Source of the DNA: a virus
Reading direction: 5' to 3' (one strand)
DNA length: 64,000 nucleotides
IMG/VR virus record: IMGVR_UViG_3300023179_000089
Span: 8,563-72,562 of that record
Shown: piece by piece, positions 45,798 to 56,300 of the stretch
Numbering within the stretch: the stretch's first letter is position 1
Layout: every line of letters begins with the position of its first letter
Notes under the pieces: generated by a model
Databases searched by the model: none
The model's input: only the letters and a program-made list of their open reading frames with translations
What the model was told of the DNA's origin: nothing
Program-made: the position numbers and the translations under genes

Positions 45798-46096
45798 TGT
45801 TTACATTTATTATACTAATAATTGCAATTGGAATAATTGCTGCACTTTCAATTGGCTGTTATAATTTAACAGTTCAATCAGAACTTCTTGAAGACGAACT
45901 TTTATTTTATTATAATAAGTTAGAAGAAATTCGAAAAGTCGTTTTAGAAACTGAAATACAGCTTAAAGAAATTGATCTTCGCGGTTCATTTGAAGCCGAT
46001 GATGAAGTAGGATTTACATTTAAAAATATTAAATCTTTATCTGAAGATTTAACAAAAACTATCGAATCAATATATGAGTACAGAGACACTGAATAA
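45797..46096 (+). CDS. membrane-anchored hypothetical protein
   Basis: N-terminal TM; GSFEADDEVG. Confidence 0.7.
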   Translation: MFTFIILIIAIGIIAALSIGCYNLTVQSELLEDELLFYYNKLEEIRKVVLETEIQLKEIDLRGSFEADDEVGFTFKNIKSLSEDLTKTIESIYEYRDTE

Positions 46097-46844
46097 TCAA
46101 ACGCAGCCGAAAACGCGTGGTAGAAAATCAAAAAACAAGCAGTATTTTACTAAAGATACTGAAAACGCAATATTGCGCTACAATCAATTAACAAATGATA
46201 TTGATCGTAATAGACTTTATGAATCGCATATTAAATATCCGTTTGATAAGCTAGTCGAAAACATAATTCATACGTTTAAATTTTATCAATTTGACGTTCC
46301 ATATGAAGATGTTAAACATGAAGTCGTAGCATTTTTAAATGAAAAAATTCATAAGTATACCGATCCTAGTAAAGGAAAAGCATTTTCATACTTTTCAATT
46401 ATCGCTAAAAACTATTTGATTATTCATAATAACAACAACTATCATAAGTTTAGGAATTCTGAAGATTTACAAGTAGTCGACGATTCTAGAAGCGTAATCA
46501 ATGAAATTGTTCGTGAGCAAGATTTGCAAGAGAAAACAGAATTCATGGATTTATATATAAAATTCATGGATGATAATTTAACGAACTTTTTTCATAAAAA
46601 TTCTGATTTAGCAGTAGCCGATTCAATTTTAGAACTTTTTCGGCATAGAGAAAATATTGAAAATTTCAATAAAAAGGCATTGTATATATTAATTCGAGAG
46701 CGAACCGGAGTTAAGACTCAATACATAACTCGAGTAGTTAATATAATGAAAGGCGCGTATTTAGAAATGTATATGAATTTCAAACGCACAGGTATTGCGA
46801 CTTTAAATAAAGATTATTTTACAAAATCAGAATTCCTCGAATAA
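46074..46844 (+). CDS. phage sigma factor (gp55-like, putative late)
   Basis: Region-2-like EDVKHEVV..KYTDPSKGKAFSYFSIIAKNYLI; precedes structural block. Confidence 0.7.
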   Translation: MSTETLNNQTQPKTRGRKSKNKQYFTKDTENAILRYNQLTNDIDRNRLYESHIKYPFDKLVENIIHTFKFYQFDVPYEDVKHEVVAFLNEKIHKYTDPSKGKAFSYFSIIAKNYLIIHNNNNYHKFRNSEDLQVVDDSRSVINEIVREQDLQEKTEFMDLYIKFMDDNLTNFFHKNSDLAVADSILELFRHRENIENFNKKALYILIRERTGVKTQYITRVVNIMKGAYLEMYMNFKRTGIATLNKDYFTKSEFLE

Positions 46845-46864
46845 AATATTTATTTAAAAAGTCT

Positions 46865-47296
46865 ATGGATTTTGATGTTGAAATATTTAAAGGAAAAAGC
46901 TTTTCTGAATTAATGAAAGACATTTATCAGAATAGCTCTAAAAAGGACAGACAAATTAATTTGTTAATTGCAGAACTCAAACCGCTGATAAAAAATATCG
47001 GCGATGCGACAGTAATAGTCCCTTTAATTAAAGAATATTTAGAAATTAGCGTTAAAAATGACGAAGCGCTAGTAAAATTAGCTGCTGTCGTTCAGCGATT
47101 AATTTCTACAAATAGTCGAGTTCAAGCCGAAACCGGAAACTCTTGGATGTTATCTGAAGAAGAGAAAAAACAGTTGTTAGGAGAATTAGACCAGATTACT
47201 GGCACTGAGACAAATATAAATCAAAAAGTTATTGATTTATCTGCTAAGCAATCGCAGTTAGAGTCAGAGATTGATAATTTACAAGACGGATTATAA
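46865..47296 (+). CDS. hypothetical late protein
   Basis: Helical; VPLIKEYLEISVKNDE; ATATTTAT upstream. Confidence 0.7.
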   Translation: MDFDVEIFKGKSFSELMKDIYQNSSKKDRQINLLIAELKPLIKNIGDATVIVPLIKEYLEISVKNDEALVKLAAVVQRLISTNSRVQAETGNSWMLSEEEKKQLLGELDQITGTETNINQKVIDLSAKQSQLESEIDNLQDGL

Positions 47297-48424
47297 ATGT
47301 ATTTCGCTGAAGTTAAAGAAGTAATTTATGTAGATGACAACCCTAATTTAATTTACGGGGTAAAGGTCGCTCCGTTAGGATTATATCCAAAAACAGAAAA
47401 AAATTCTGCATCTATTGTTACTGTAAGACCTTTTAATATTTCAGTAGTTCGAATTCCAATTGTCGGTGAAGTAGTCGCAATTATTCAAGCTCCTGGATCA
47501 TTCGCATCAGGTTTGGATAGTGCACTTGAACATTACTACGTAGATGTTGTAAGTTTGCAAGGTAATATTCATCATAATGCTATCCCGACAGTTCAGTCTA
47601 AAGAAGTAAGTGGAGCCACTTCTGGAAATTCAAATTCATATCAAGAAGCGTCTGCAGGAAATACTAATGATTCAAAATCTGCAGAAATTGACTCTGACTT
47701 TACTGAAAATGAAAATATTGGAATCCTTCAACCGTATATCGGAGATGTAATTTTTTCCGGTAGATATGGTCAATCAATACGATTTAGCACAACGCCTAAA
47801 TCAGGAAAATTTTCATTAACTCAAAATTGGTCGGCAGGATCTGAAGCTGCTCCGATTACAATAATTCGTAATTCAGAACAAAAAGAATCGCCGGGCAAGG
47901 TAAACGGGTTTATAACTGAAAATTTTACTGATGACGACAATTCTATTATTATGGCATCTGGTCAGGAACTTGTATTTGAGCAAGCTTCGCAAGTACTTAC
48001 TTCAATCAATACAAATGAAATTACGTCCTGGCGCAGCGAAAAATGGGGCAAAACTCCGCAAACGTTAATCAATTCTGGGAGAATTGTACTTAACAGTCAA
48101 CAGCAAGAAATTATCGCGTTTGCTAAAAATGGAATTGGTCTTTCATCTGAAACAAATATAGCTATTGACGCGAATGACGTTATAGCACTTAATTCAGAAA
48201 AAATTGAATTAGGCGACAAGGCTGATCAGTCTCTTATTTTAGGAAATGATTGGGAAGAGTGGATGAAAGATTTAGTAAATGCAATCGGCAATCTAACTGC
48301 TATTACTCCTCAAGGTCCTACATTGCCTTTTCGCTTAGCTCCGCAATGGCCGCAAGTAGAACAAATTATGTCTAAAATTAATGAATTGCTCAGTAAGTTG
48401 TCATACACTAAAAAGAGCAGTTAA
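47297..48424 (+). CDS. putative baseplate hub/spike protein (gp5/gpV-like)
   Basis: IPIVGEVV OB-like N-terminus, GDVIFSGRYGQSIRF, beta-repeat C-terminus; near gp25. Confidence 0.55.
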   Translation: MYFAEVKEVIYVDDNPNLIYGVKVAPLGLYPKTEKNSASIVTVRPFNISVVRIPIVGEVVAIIQAPGSFASGLDSALEHYYVDVVSLQGNIHHNAIPTVQSKEVSGATSGNSNSYQEASAGNTNDSKSAEIDSDFTENENIGILQPYIGDVIFSGRYGQSIRFSTTPKSGKFSLTQNWSAGSEAAPITIIRNSEQKESPGKVNGFITENFTDDDNSIIMASGQELVFEQASQVLTSINTNEITSWRSEKWGKTPQTLINSGRIVLNSQQQEIIAFAKNGIGLSSETNIAIDANDVIALNSEKIELGDKADQSLILGNDWEEWMKDLVNAIGNLTAITPQGPTLPFRLAPQWPQVEQIMSKINELLSKLSYTKKSS

Positions 48425-48456
48425 TTTTCAAACTAAATAATTATTAAAAAAAGAAT

Positions 48457-48918
48457 ATGAATTCCAAAGAATTTATACAGTCTCTTAGAAAACTAATTCG
48501 TGAAGAAGTGCAAACAGCTGTTCGTACAGAAGTAGCTAAATTAGTAAATGTAATTACAGAATCTAAAACGCAAGAGATTGGCACGTTTAAACCGACAGCA
48601 CCTAAGCCGAAAAAACGAACATTTTCGGAAAATCCTTCATTGAATGATTTATTAAATGAAACTGCTGGATTTTCTTCTTCAGGACCGCAAGTAAGTTACG
48701 AGTCAGAAATTAATTATAATGATTTTTCTGAATGGCCAACGATGCGCGGAAACTCAATGATTGCGTCTAAAGCTCCGATGGTCATGACAGATGTTAATGG
48801 CTCGGCTGTTGATATGAAACAGTTAGCTAAGACTGAAGCTGGTGCGGCAGTTGTTGACGCATTAACAAAAGACTACTCTGCGTTAATGAAACGTATTAAT
48901 GATAAAAAAGGAATGTAA
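48457..48918 (+). CDS. hypothetical virion protein with LIREEV leader variant
   Basis: LRKLIREEVQ..VITES. Confidence 0.65.
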   Translation: MNSKEFIQSLRKLIREEVQTAVRTEVAKLVNVITESKTQEIGTFKPTAPKPKKRTFSENPSLNDLLNETAGFSSSGPQVSYESEINYNDFSEWPTMRGNSMIASKAPMVMTDVNGSAVDMKQLAKTEAGAAVVDALTKDYSALMKRINDKKGM

Positions 48919-49367
48919 TGTCGATTGAACAAAGATATTTTCCGATTGATCTTCAACCCGACGTTGCTGTCGGAATAAAAATTCCATGGACAAGATTAGA
49001 TGGAGTTTTATTTAATCAATCGTATTCTACTATCGATCAATTACTTTCCAATGTAAAAAATTTAATTTTAACGAGACAAGGCGAACGAGTTATGCAACCT
49101 TTGTTCGGAACGAATTTGCAAGATTCTTTATTTGAACAAAATACAGAAAGTTTGCGAAGTTCAATTCGAAACTCAATATCAAGAGCAATTGAATTTTGGC
49201 TTCCATACGTGTCAATTGATCGTTTAGATGTTGAGCCTGTAATTGCTGTGTTAGGGCCTGACGAAGAGCATGGCGCGAAAGTGGTATTGTACATTTCTTT
49301 AAATGGGCAGCAAGCAGAACAACCTATAACATTTTTAGTAACACCGTCTGGAGTAGAATTAATATAA
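48918..49367 (+). CDS. baseplate wedge / sheath initiator gp25-like
   Basis: NLILTRQGERVMQPLFGTNL..LFE..WLPYV. Confidence 0.9.
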   Translation: MSIEQRYFPIDLQPDVAVGIKIPWTRLDGVLFNQSYSTIDQLLSNVKNLILTRQGERVMQPLFGTNLQDSLFEQNTESLRSSIRNSISRAIEFWLPYVSIDRLDVEPVIAVLGPDEEHGAKVVLYISLNGQQAEQPITFLVTPSGVELI

Positions 49368-49368
49368 A

Positions 49369-51246
49369 ATGGCACAACTTAGCAAAAAAGACATACGTTA
49401 TCTAAATAAAGATTTCAGTCAGTATAGAGCAAATTTAATTGAATTTGCTAAAAATTATTTTCCATATACTTACAATGATTTCAACGAAACGTCTCCTGGA
49501 ATGATGTTTATTGAAATGGCTGCGTATGTCGGAGACGTTCTATCATACTATACAGACAGTCAATTAAAAGAGTCTTTTTTAGAATTTGCCGGCAGTCGGC
49601 CAAATGTTTTAGCGCTCGCAGCTAACGTTGGATATAAAATAAAAAATACAATTCCAGCTACTGTTGATCTAGATGTATTTCAGTTATTACCTGCGAAAAC
49701 AGTATCCGGTTCTAAAGTGCCAGATTTTTCGTACGCATTGACAATTAAAGAAAATATGTTGGTTGGAGCTGAAGGCACTACTGTTGAATTTCGCACATTA
49801 AATTTAGTTAATTTTGCAATATCTAGTAGTATAGATCCTTTAGAAGTATCAGTATATCAAACCAATTCAGTTACCAATGAGCCTGAATATTATCTTCTTA
49901 AAAAGAAAGTAAAAGCAATTTCTGGCACGGTGAAAACTAATACATATGCTTTTGGTGCTGCAAAACGGTTTGATAAAATTTTAATTTCTGACACTGATAT
50001 TATAGACGTCGTTTCTATTACAGACTCAGACAATAATGAGTGGACTGAAGTACCATATCTTGCTCAGGATACTGTATTTCAAGCCATTGCAAATACACCT
50101 CAAAATGATCCAGATTTGTATGGATATACAAATGTACCATATCTTTTAAAATTAAAGAAAACTTCTAGAAGATTTGTAACAAAATTTCGTTCAGATAAAA
50201 ATTTAGAAATTCAATTTGGCCCTGGAATTACAGACACAGATGATCAAGAGTTAATTCCAAATCCAGATAATGTAGGATCTAGTTTAACTGGATTGCAAAT
50301 TCAATTTGACCATCCAATCGATCCTTCAAATTTTATGTATACAAAGTCATATGGCGTGGCTCCATCAAATACTACATTAACTGTTAAATATACAACAGGC
50401 GGTGGAATTGCTTCAAACGTGGCTTCGTTTACATTAAAAAATATCAATGACATTCAATTTCTAATTGACAGTCAAAATTTAAGTAAAGCTTTATTAGATA
50501 GAATAAAAGCCTCTGTAGCATGCACAAATCCACTTCCGGCCACCGGAGGTAAAAGTGAAGAGTCTTTAGACGAGATTCGTCAAAATGCTATGGCAACATT
50601 TGCGAGTCAGCAGCGATCAGTAACTGCTCAAGATTATGTAATACGAACATATTCTATGCCATCAAAATTTGGGTCAGTTGCAAAAGCATATGTAATTCAA
50701 GATCAACAAATTAGTCCTAGAAATAAAGATTTAATGATACCAAATCCGTTAGCAATAAATCTTTACACACTTGGATATGACGGAAATGGAAATTTAATTC
50801 CGTTAAATTTAGCAGTTTTAGAAAATTTAAGAAATTATCTAGGAATGTATCGAATGTTAACGGATGCAATTAATATTAAAACGGCGTATATTATAAACAT
50901 AGGAATACGATTTGAAATTATCACGTTTCCAGAATATAATTCAAATGAAGTTTTATTAAAATGTATTGATAAATTAAAATCAATATTTAATAACAAACTT
51001 TGGCAAATTAATCAACCAATCGTTTTATCTAAAATTTACACTGAATTAGATAAAATTGAAGGTGTGCAAACAGTATCGAATTTAGAGATTGTAAACTTAT
51101 ACGGAACATCTGGCGGATATTCAAGTAATTTTTACGATATAAAAGCCGCTACAAAAGCTGGTGTAATATATCCTTCATTAGATCCGAGTATTTTTGAAAT
51201 AAAATATCCAAATTCAGATATTATTGGAAGAGTAGTGTCATTATAA
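49369..51246 (+). CDS. baseplate wedge gp6/J-like
   Basis: YNDFNETSPGMMFIEMAAYVGDVLSYY, ATGG..ES..EIR, RSVTAQDY. Confidence 0.9.
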   Translation: MAQLSKKDIRYLNKDFSQYRANLIEFAKNYFPYTYNDFNETSPGMMFIEMAAYVGDVLSYYTDSQLKESFLEFAGSRPNVLALAANVGYKIKNTIPATVDLDVFQLLPAKTVSGSKVPDFSYALTIKENMLVGAEGTTVEFRTLNLVNFAISSSIDPLEVSVYQTNSVTNEPEYYLLKKKVKAISGTVKTNTYAFGAAKRFDKILISDTDIIDVVSITDSDNNEWTEVPYLAQDTVFQAIANTPQNDPDLYGYTNVPYLLKLKKTSRRFVTKFRSDKNLEIQFGPGITDTDDQELIPNPDNVGSSLTGLQIQFDHPIDPSNFMYTKSYGVAPSNTTLTVKYTTGGGIASNVASFTLKNINDIQFLIDSQNLSKALLDRIKASVACTNPLPATGGKSEESLDEIRQNAMATFASQQRSVTAQDYVIRTYSMPSKFGSVAKAYVIQDQQISPRNKDLMIPNPLAINLYTLGYDGNGNLIPLNLAVLENLRNYLGMYRMLTDAINIKTAYIINIGIRFEIITFPEYNSNEVLLKCIDKLKSIFNNKLWQINQPIVLSKIYTELDKIEGVQTVSNLEIVNLYGTSGGYSSNFYDIKAATKAGVIYPSLDPSIFEIKYPNSDIIGRVVSL

Positions 51247-51257
51247 ATTAACATAAC

Positions 51258-52376
51258 ATGATTTGGTCTATACCAGCAACATTAGATACGACAATTTATG
51301 AATCAGACCCATATAGAAATACTGGGTTAGATCCTGTCATTGAGCTTTCAAAGCTAGGCGATACTTCTACAAACGATTTAACAGAGTCTAGAATTTTAAT
51401 TAAATTTGATATAACTGACTTAAATTCTATTTTATCGACAAATGGAATTTCAATAACTGACATCACTGCTAGTATACAATTATATGCAGTTCAGTCATAT
51501 GCATTGCCGAAAACGTATACTATCGAAGCAAGACCAATTTCAGTTCCATGGGACAATGGTTCGGGATATTTTGTATATCCTGAAGCAGCGCAAACTAATG
51601 CTTCTATTACAGACGGAGCTACATGGATAACTACTGCCGGTACCGGGTCTATTTCATGGACAGGATCTTTATCAACCGGCGCTGCTATGTTATTTAATTC
51701 GTCAAGCACTATAGGCGGCGGAACATGGTATACATCGTCAGTTGCAAGTCAATCATTTTCATTTAAATCTTCTGATTCAGTTTCCATAAATGTTACTGAT
51801 ATTGTGCGAAGTTGGTATACAGGCTCGTTATCAAATAACGGATTTATTTTAGCATTTAATCATAACAGTATTACGGCCAGTAATTATCCAGAGACAAGAA
51901 TTGAATTTTACAGTAGCGATACGACATCAGTACTTGAACCTCAATTATACATTAGTTGGTCACCTGGAGTTTCATACTCTACAGGTTCATTAACGGTGGC
52001 CACTACTAACGACAATCCAATAGTATACGTAAACAATTTCAATGCCGTTTTCAAAAAAGATCAAAAAGTTCGTATACGAATTGCAGCAAGAAAAAAGTTT
52101 CCTAGACCGGCATTTGCTCAGAATTCAGTTTTTTCAGACGTTCTAGCTCTTCCTGCGAATTCATATTACAGAATAAAAGACGCGCATACTAATTTAATTT
52201 TAATTGATTACAGCGAGAATACAAAAATCAGCGCAGACTCAAATGGAAATTATTTTGATTTTTACGCTACAATGATGTATCCGGAAAGATTTTATATGTT
52301 TGAAATAAAATCTGAGTATCTTGATGCAACACGATATTACGACGCAAAAGAATTTACATTTAAAATAGTAAACTAA
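51258..52376 (+). CDS. virion structural protein (DNRLRE-like)
   Basis: DTTIYE..SRILIKFD..INVTDIVRSW..NNGFIL..PQL. Confidence 0.6.
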   Translation: MIWSIPATLDTTIYESDPYRNTGLDPVIELSKLGDTSTNDLTESRILIKFDITDLNSILSTNGISITDITASIQLYAVQSYALPKTYTIEARPISVPWDNGSGYFVYPEAAQTNASITDGATWITTAGTGSISWTGSLSTGAAMLFNSSSTIGGGTWYTSSVASQSFSFKSSDSVSINVTDIVRSWYTGSLSNNGFILAFNHNSITASNYPETRIEFYSSDTTSVLEPQLYISWSPGVSYSTGSLTVATTNDNPIVYVNNFNAVFKKDQKVRIRIAARKKFPRPAFAQNSVFSDVLALPANSYYRIKDAHTNLILIDYSENTKISADSNGNYFDFYATMMYPERFYMFEIKSEYLDATRYYDAKEFTFKIVN

Positions 52377-52377
52377 T

Positions 52378-53328
52378 ATGTCTATTTACGAATTACATGA
52401 ATTTCAGCCAGACCGTTTATTGTCTGGGCAAATAGTTCCTACTCGAGTCATTCCTACAAAGTATATATCGTATGCTACGGCTTCAAATGGAATTACGGTA
52501 ATAAATGAAAATACTAATATAAGCAACAATAGATCGTTTATTAGTTTATATACTACAAAAATTTCTGACGTAAAATTTAATCAAATAATAGATTTAGAAT
52601 TTAAAGAATTTCCTCCGATCATTATTGACACGACTATTAGAGACTTGCAGACTAGAATTTCAGAACTTGAAGCCTCGTCATCAGTGCTGTTAGCTACAGA
52701 CGCCGCAAATAAAAATCTGATAAATACATTAAACGATCAGATAGATTCATTGAATAAAATTAATTTGATTGTCGATCAAAGCGTTCAATCATCGAATAAT
52801 AATCCTAACTTAATTCCAAGTGAGTTCAAAGTCGGAACAAAACTTCTGTCAAATTCTTCAAGTCAAAACAAACTTCAGTCTCCGAATGGAAAATATATAT
52901 TCCAGTTAAATTACGACGGGTCTATAAGTCTTTATGAAAATCGAAGTACTGACAGTAATACAGTACAGTTAATATTAGTACAAGAAATAGCGTCGATAGC
53001 ACCGGATGGTGCTTTGGACGAGCGTCAAGAATTGCGAGCTACCAAACCAGGATTGTATTATGCGGCTGAAATTTCTCCGAGTCCAAACAACGGAAATTTT
53101 AGTAGATCAAAATTCAGAGTTAGAGCGTATTATAAACTTGATGGTAATGACGAGCCTTCAGTAATTATTCATGAATCGCAACAAATCGATTCTATAGAAA
53201 GTACCGTTGTACGATTATTAGATGATGGTCGTTTAGTACTAACTCTTGAAAATGAATACGATTTTAATGTATTGAATCCAGGATTGACAACTTCAACGAC
53301 TATTATATCTCCTACATATCCTTTTTAA
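52378..53328 (+). CDS. virion protein, coiled coil plus bulb-lectin-like motifs
   Basis: LQSPNGKYIFQLNYDGSISLY and LLDDGRLVL. Confidence 0.5.
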   Translation: MSIYELHEFQPDRLLSGQIVPTRVIPTKYISYATASNGITVINENTNISNNRSFISLYTTKISDVKFNQIIDLEFKEFPPIIIDTTIRDLQTRISELEASSSVLLATDAANKNLINTLNDQIDSLNKINLIVDQSVQSSNNNPNLIPSEFKVGTKLLSNSSSQNKLQSPNGKYIFQLNYDGSISLYENRSTDSNTVQLILVQEIASIAPDGALDERQELRATKPGLYYAAEISPSPNNGNFSRSKFRVRAYYKLDGNDEPSVIIHESQQIDSIESTVVRLLDDGRLVLTLENEYDFNVLNPGLTTSTTIISPTYPF

Positions 53329-53377
53329 GTATTAGCCTAGAATATCTTATTAAGATATTTATTTAAAAGGCTAATTA

Positions 53378-56300
53378 ATGTTATCCGTATATACTAATCA
53401 ACAAGACCTTTTAAGGACATCAGTACCTATACCGACAACGCGGTATCAAACTGTTGATAAAGAACTATTCGATAAAAGACAATTTTCCGTAACGCTTAAA
53501 GACACGCCAGTTAAACCAAAGTTGGAATTTCATGTATATTCCAATGACGGCGTTTATTTAACAGGCGATCACGGTGCGTTATTTTCCATAGAAAAAAACA
53601 ATACATCGACTAATACCGAAGCGTATGAATATTTAGCGGTAAATTCTCGAGATGTATTTGCTAGATTAGGAATAAGTAGAGGTCAATATCGAGTTGTATA
53701 TAACTTTTTTGATAATTTAATTGGCTCGTTTGAAGGCGAAAAATTATTTATAAAAGAAATATCTCCTTCTCGCCGAGAATTGCGTTTACAGCTTTCAAAC
53801 AATGACGGCATTACTTTACGTAACCAATATCAAAGTTTTAAAGATCGGTGGGATGAAACTCGTAAAAATGATTTATTTGATTCGTTTGTATTAAACTTTG
53901 GGTTTAATGAAACATTTCAAATTGTAAATCTTCGATTTGAAGAGCAGGAATATTTAGAAATTATAGTAAAGCTGTATCAACCTTTGCCGGCCCGGTTCGG
54001 AGAAAGAGTAAAGCTATGGATTTCTGAAGAAATAATTTCTCCGATTGTCGAAGTTATATCAATCGTACCAAAAGAAGTTTCCGAGGCTTATAATCGTTTA
54101 TCCGGTCCAAATTTTGATTTAGATGAGTTCGAAGGATTTTCAACTGCTACTAGTTATAAGTCTTGGAATGATTTACTCGCTGCAAATATTCAGACATCAC
54201 AGCAAATTATAGACAGTCAATTTTCAGGCTCACTTTCAGGGTTGAAATTAAATATAAGTTATCGTATATTTGATAATTTTGTGCATTACAGTTCAGCAGT
54301 TGAGCGAGTAAAGAATTTCAAATACAAACTTGAAGTAATTGAAAATTACACAAACCAAATTAATAATGTAGCTGTTATTCCAGGCGGAGCGATAATTCAA
54401 ACAAATTTAGCTGATTTATACAATAAACGAAATAATATAGTAAGTAGTTTTGATGATTTTGAAAAATATTTATTTTTCGAATCGACAGGAAGTCAGTTAT
54501 ACACTCACGTCGACGAAACTGCAAATTCTATAATTACCGGTTCTGGAATTATCAATCCATGGCCAAAGACAACTCCGGTTTCTGCTACATGGCAAACAGC
54601 ATTTTCGTTATGGAGTACAATGACATCGCAATGGTCCATTGCTAGTAATCCTGACCCATACGGATATTTTTCTATTCAAGAACTTACTACGTCGGCTACT
54701 GCAGAAGCATATTATGCTGATTTACTTGAAAAAGCAGAGTTATACGATACGCTGAATATACATAAATTACAAAATACAGTTCCAATGCACTTGCAGGGCT
54801 TGAGTGACTCTGACGAGTTTTTACTGTTCGTGCATATGCTTGGTCAACATTTTGATATTTTATGGACTTACATAAAAGCGCTTTCTACCATACATACTCG
54901 AGAAGAGCATCCAAAAGATGGTATGCCTAGCGATTTGCTGTACAACGTAGCTAAATCTTTAGGATTTCAGTTATTAAATGGCAAATCTACTTCAGATTTA
55001 TGGAGGTATGCTTTAGGAGTAGACGCTAATGGAACTGCATTGCAAACCAATGTCAATGGAATTTCGTCAATTTCTGATTCAGATGCTACAAAAGAAGTTT
55101 GGAGAAGAATAGTAAACAACCTTCCATACATTTTAAAATCAAAAGGAACGTCTAGAGCTATTAAAGCATTGGTTACATGTTTTGGAATTCCAACTTCTAT
55201 TTTAACTATAAAAGAGTATGGAGGACCTTCGACATTTACCGACAATGACCACTATCCAGAATACGTGCATGACACGTATCGTTATGCGTGGTTATCAACA
55301 ACAGGAAGCATTCAAATACCAATTACTAGGTATCGTAACTCACTGAATACTTTAGTATTTCCTGATTCTTTAGAGTTTCGGTTTAAAACTGACGCTAACT
55401 TTACTTACAGCACTGGTACGCAATATAATATTTTATCAGGTTCTGGAATTAGTCTGTATTTAACTAAAGATTCTGCAGATGACAATCAAGGTACTGTAAC
55501 TTTTGTCGTTAATAATACTTCTGGAAGTATTGCAGATTTAGAAATTTTTGATCATTCTTGGCAACATGTAGTAATTTCAAAAGTTGCAAATGTAACTGCT
55601 AGTTTACAAATTGCAAAATCGCTGTACAGTAAAACAATATATTTACAATCGGCATCTTTTGTAACTGGGTCTGGAGTTTCCAATCCATTACTAACTAATA
55701 CAATTACATTCGCAACCGGATCAAATAAATTATTTGGACACTTTCAAGAAATTCGTTTATGGTCTGGATCGCTTAATGACAATACAATTCGCGAGCATGC
55801 TGCGTCTCCAAATACATACACTATTAATGTAGATCGTACAGCAATTACGACAGGCGATGAAGGCGATGCTCCTTATGAGCAATTGCTGCAACGTTTTTCG
55901 CTAGCAAACACGCAAATAGATGTTAGTGCTTCAAAATTTGTACAGCCGTCGATACATCCAAATCAAAAGATTAATACAGGTTATATAGTATTTCAAAACT
56001 ATGCAGCTAGCTCATCAATTGAATTTGAAGGATTTGAAGAAACATACTATACCCCTTCCCCTTCGCTTGGAGGTGCAAGTTTGTATACGAATAAAGTACG
56101 AATTGAATCATCCAGTTTACGACCCGGTACTCGATTAAATATCGATTCCAGAGTGGAGCGATCTTCATTTGATAGATATTCCATTGACTCAAACCGTTTA
56201 GGAGTATATTTTTCACCCCAAACTGCAATCAATGAAGATATTTTCAATCAATTAGGATATTTTGAAATAGATGATTATATTGGAAATCCTGGAGATTTAT

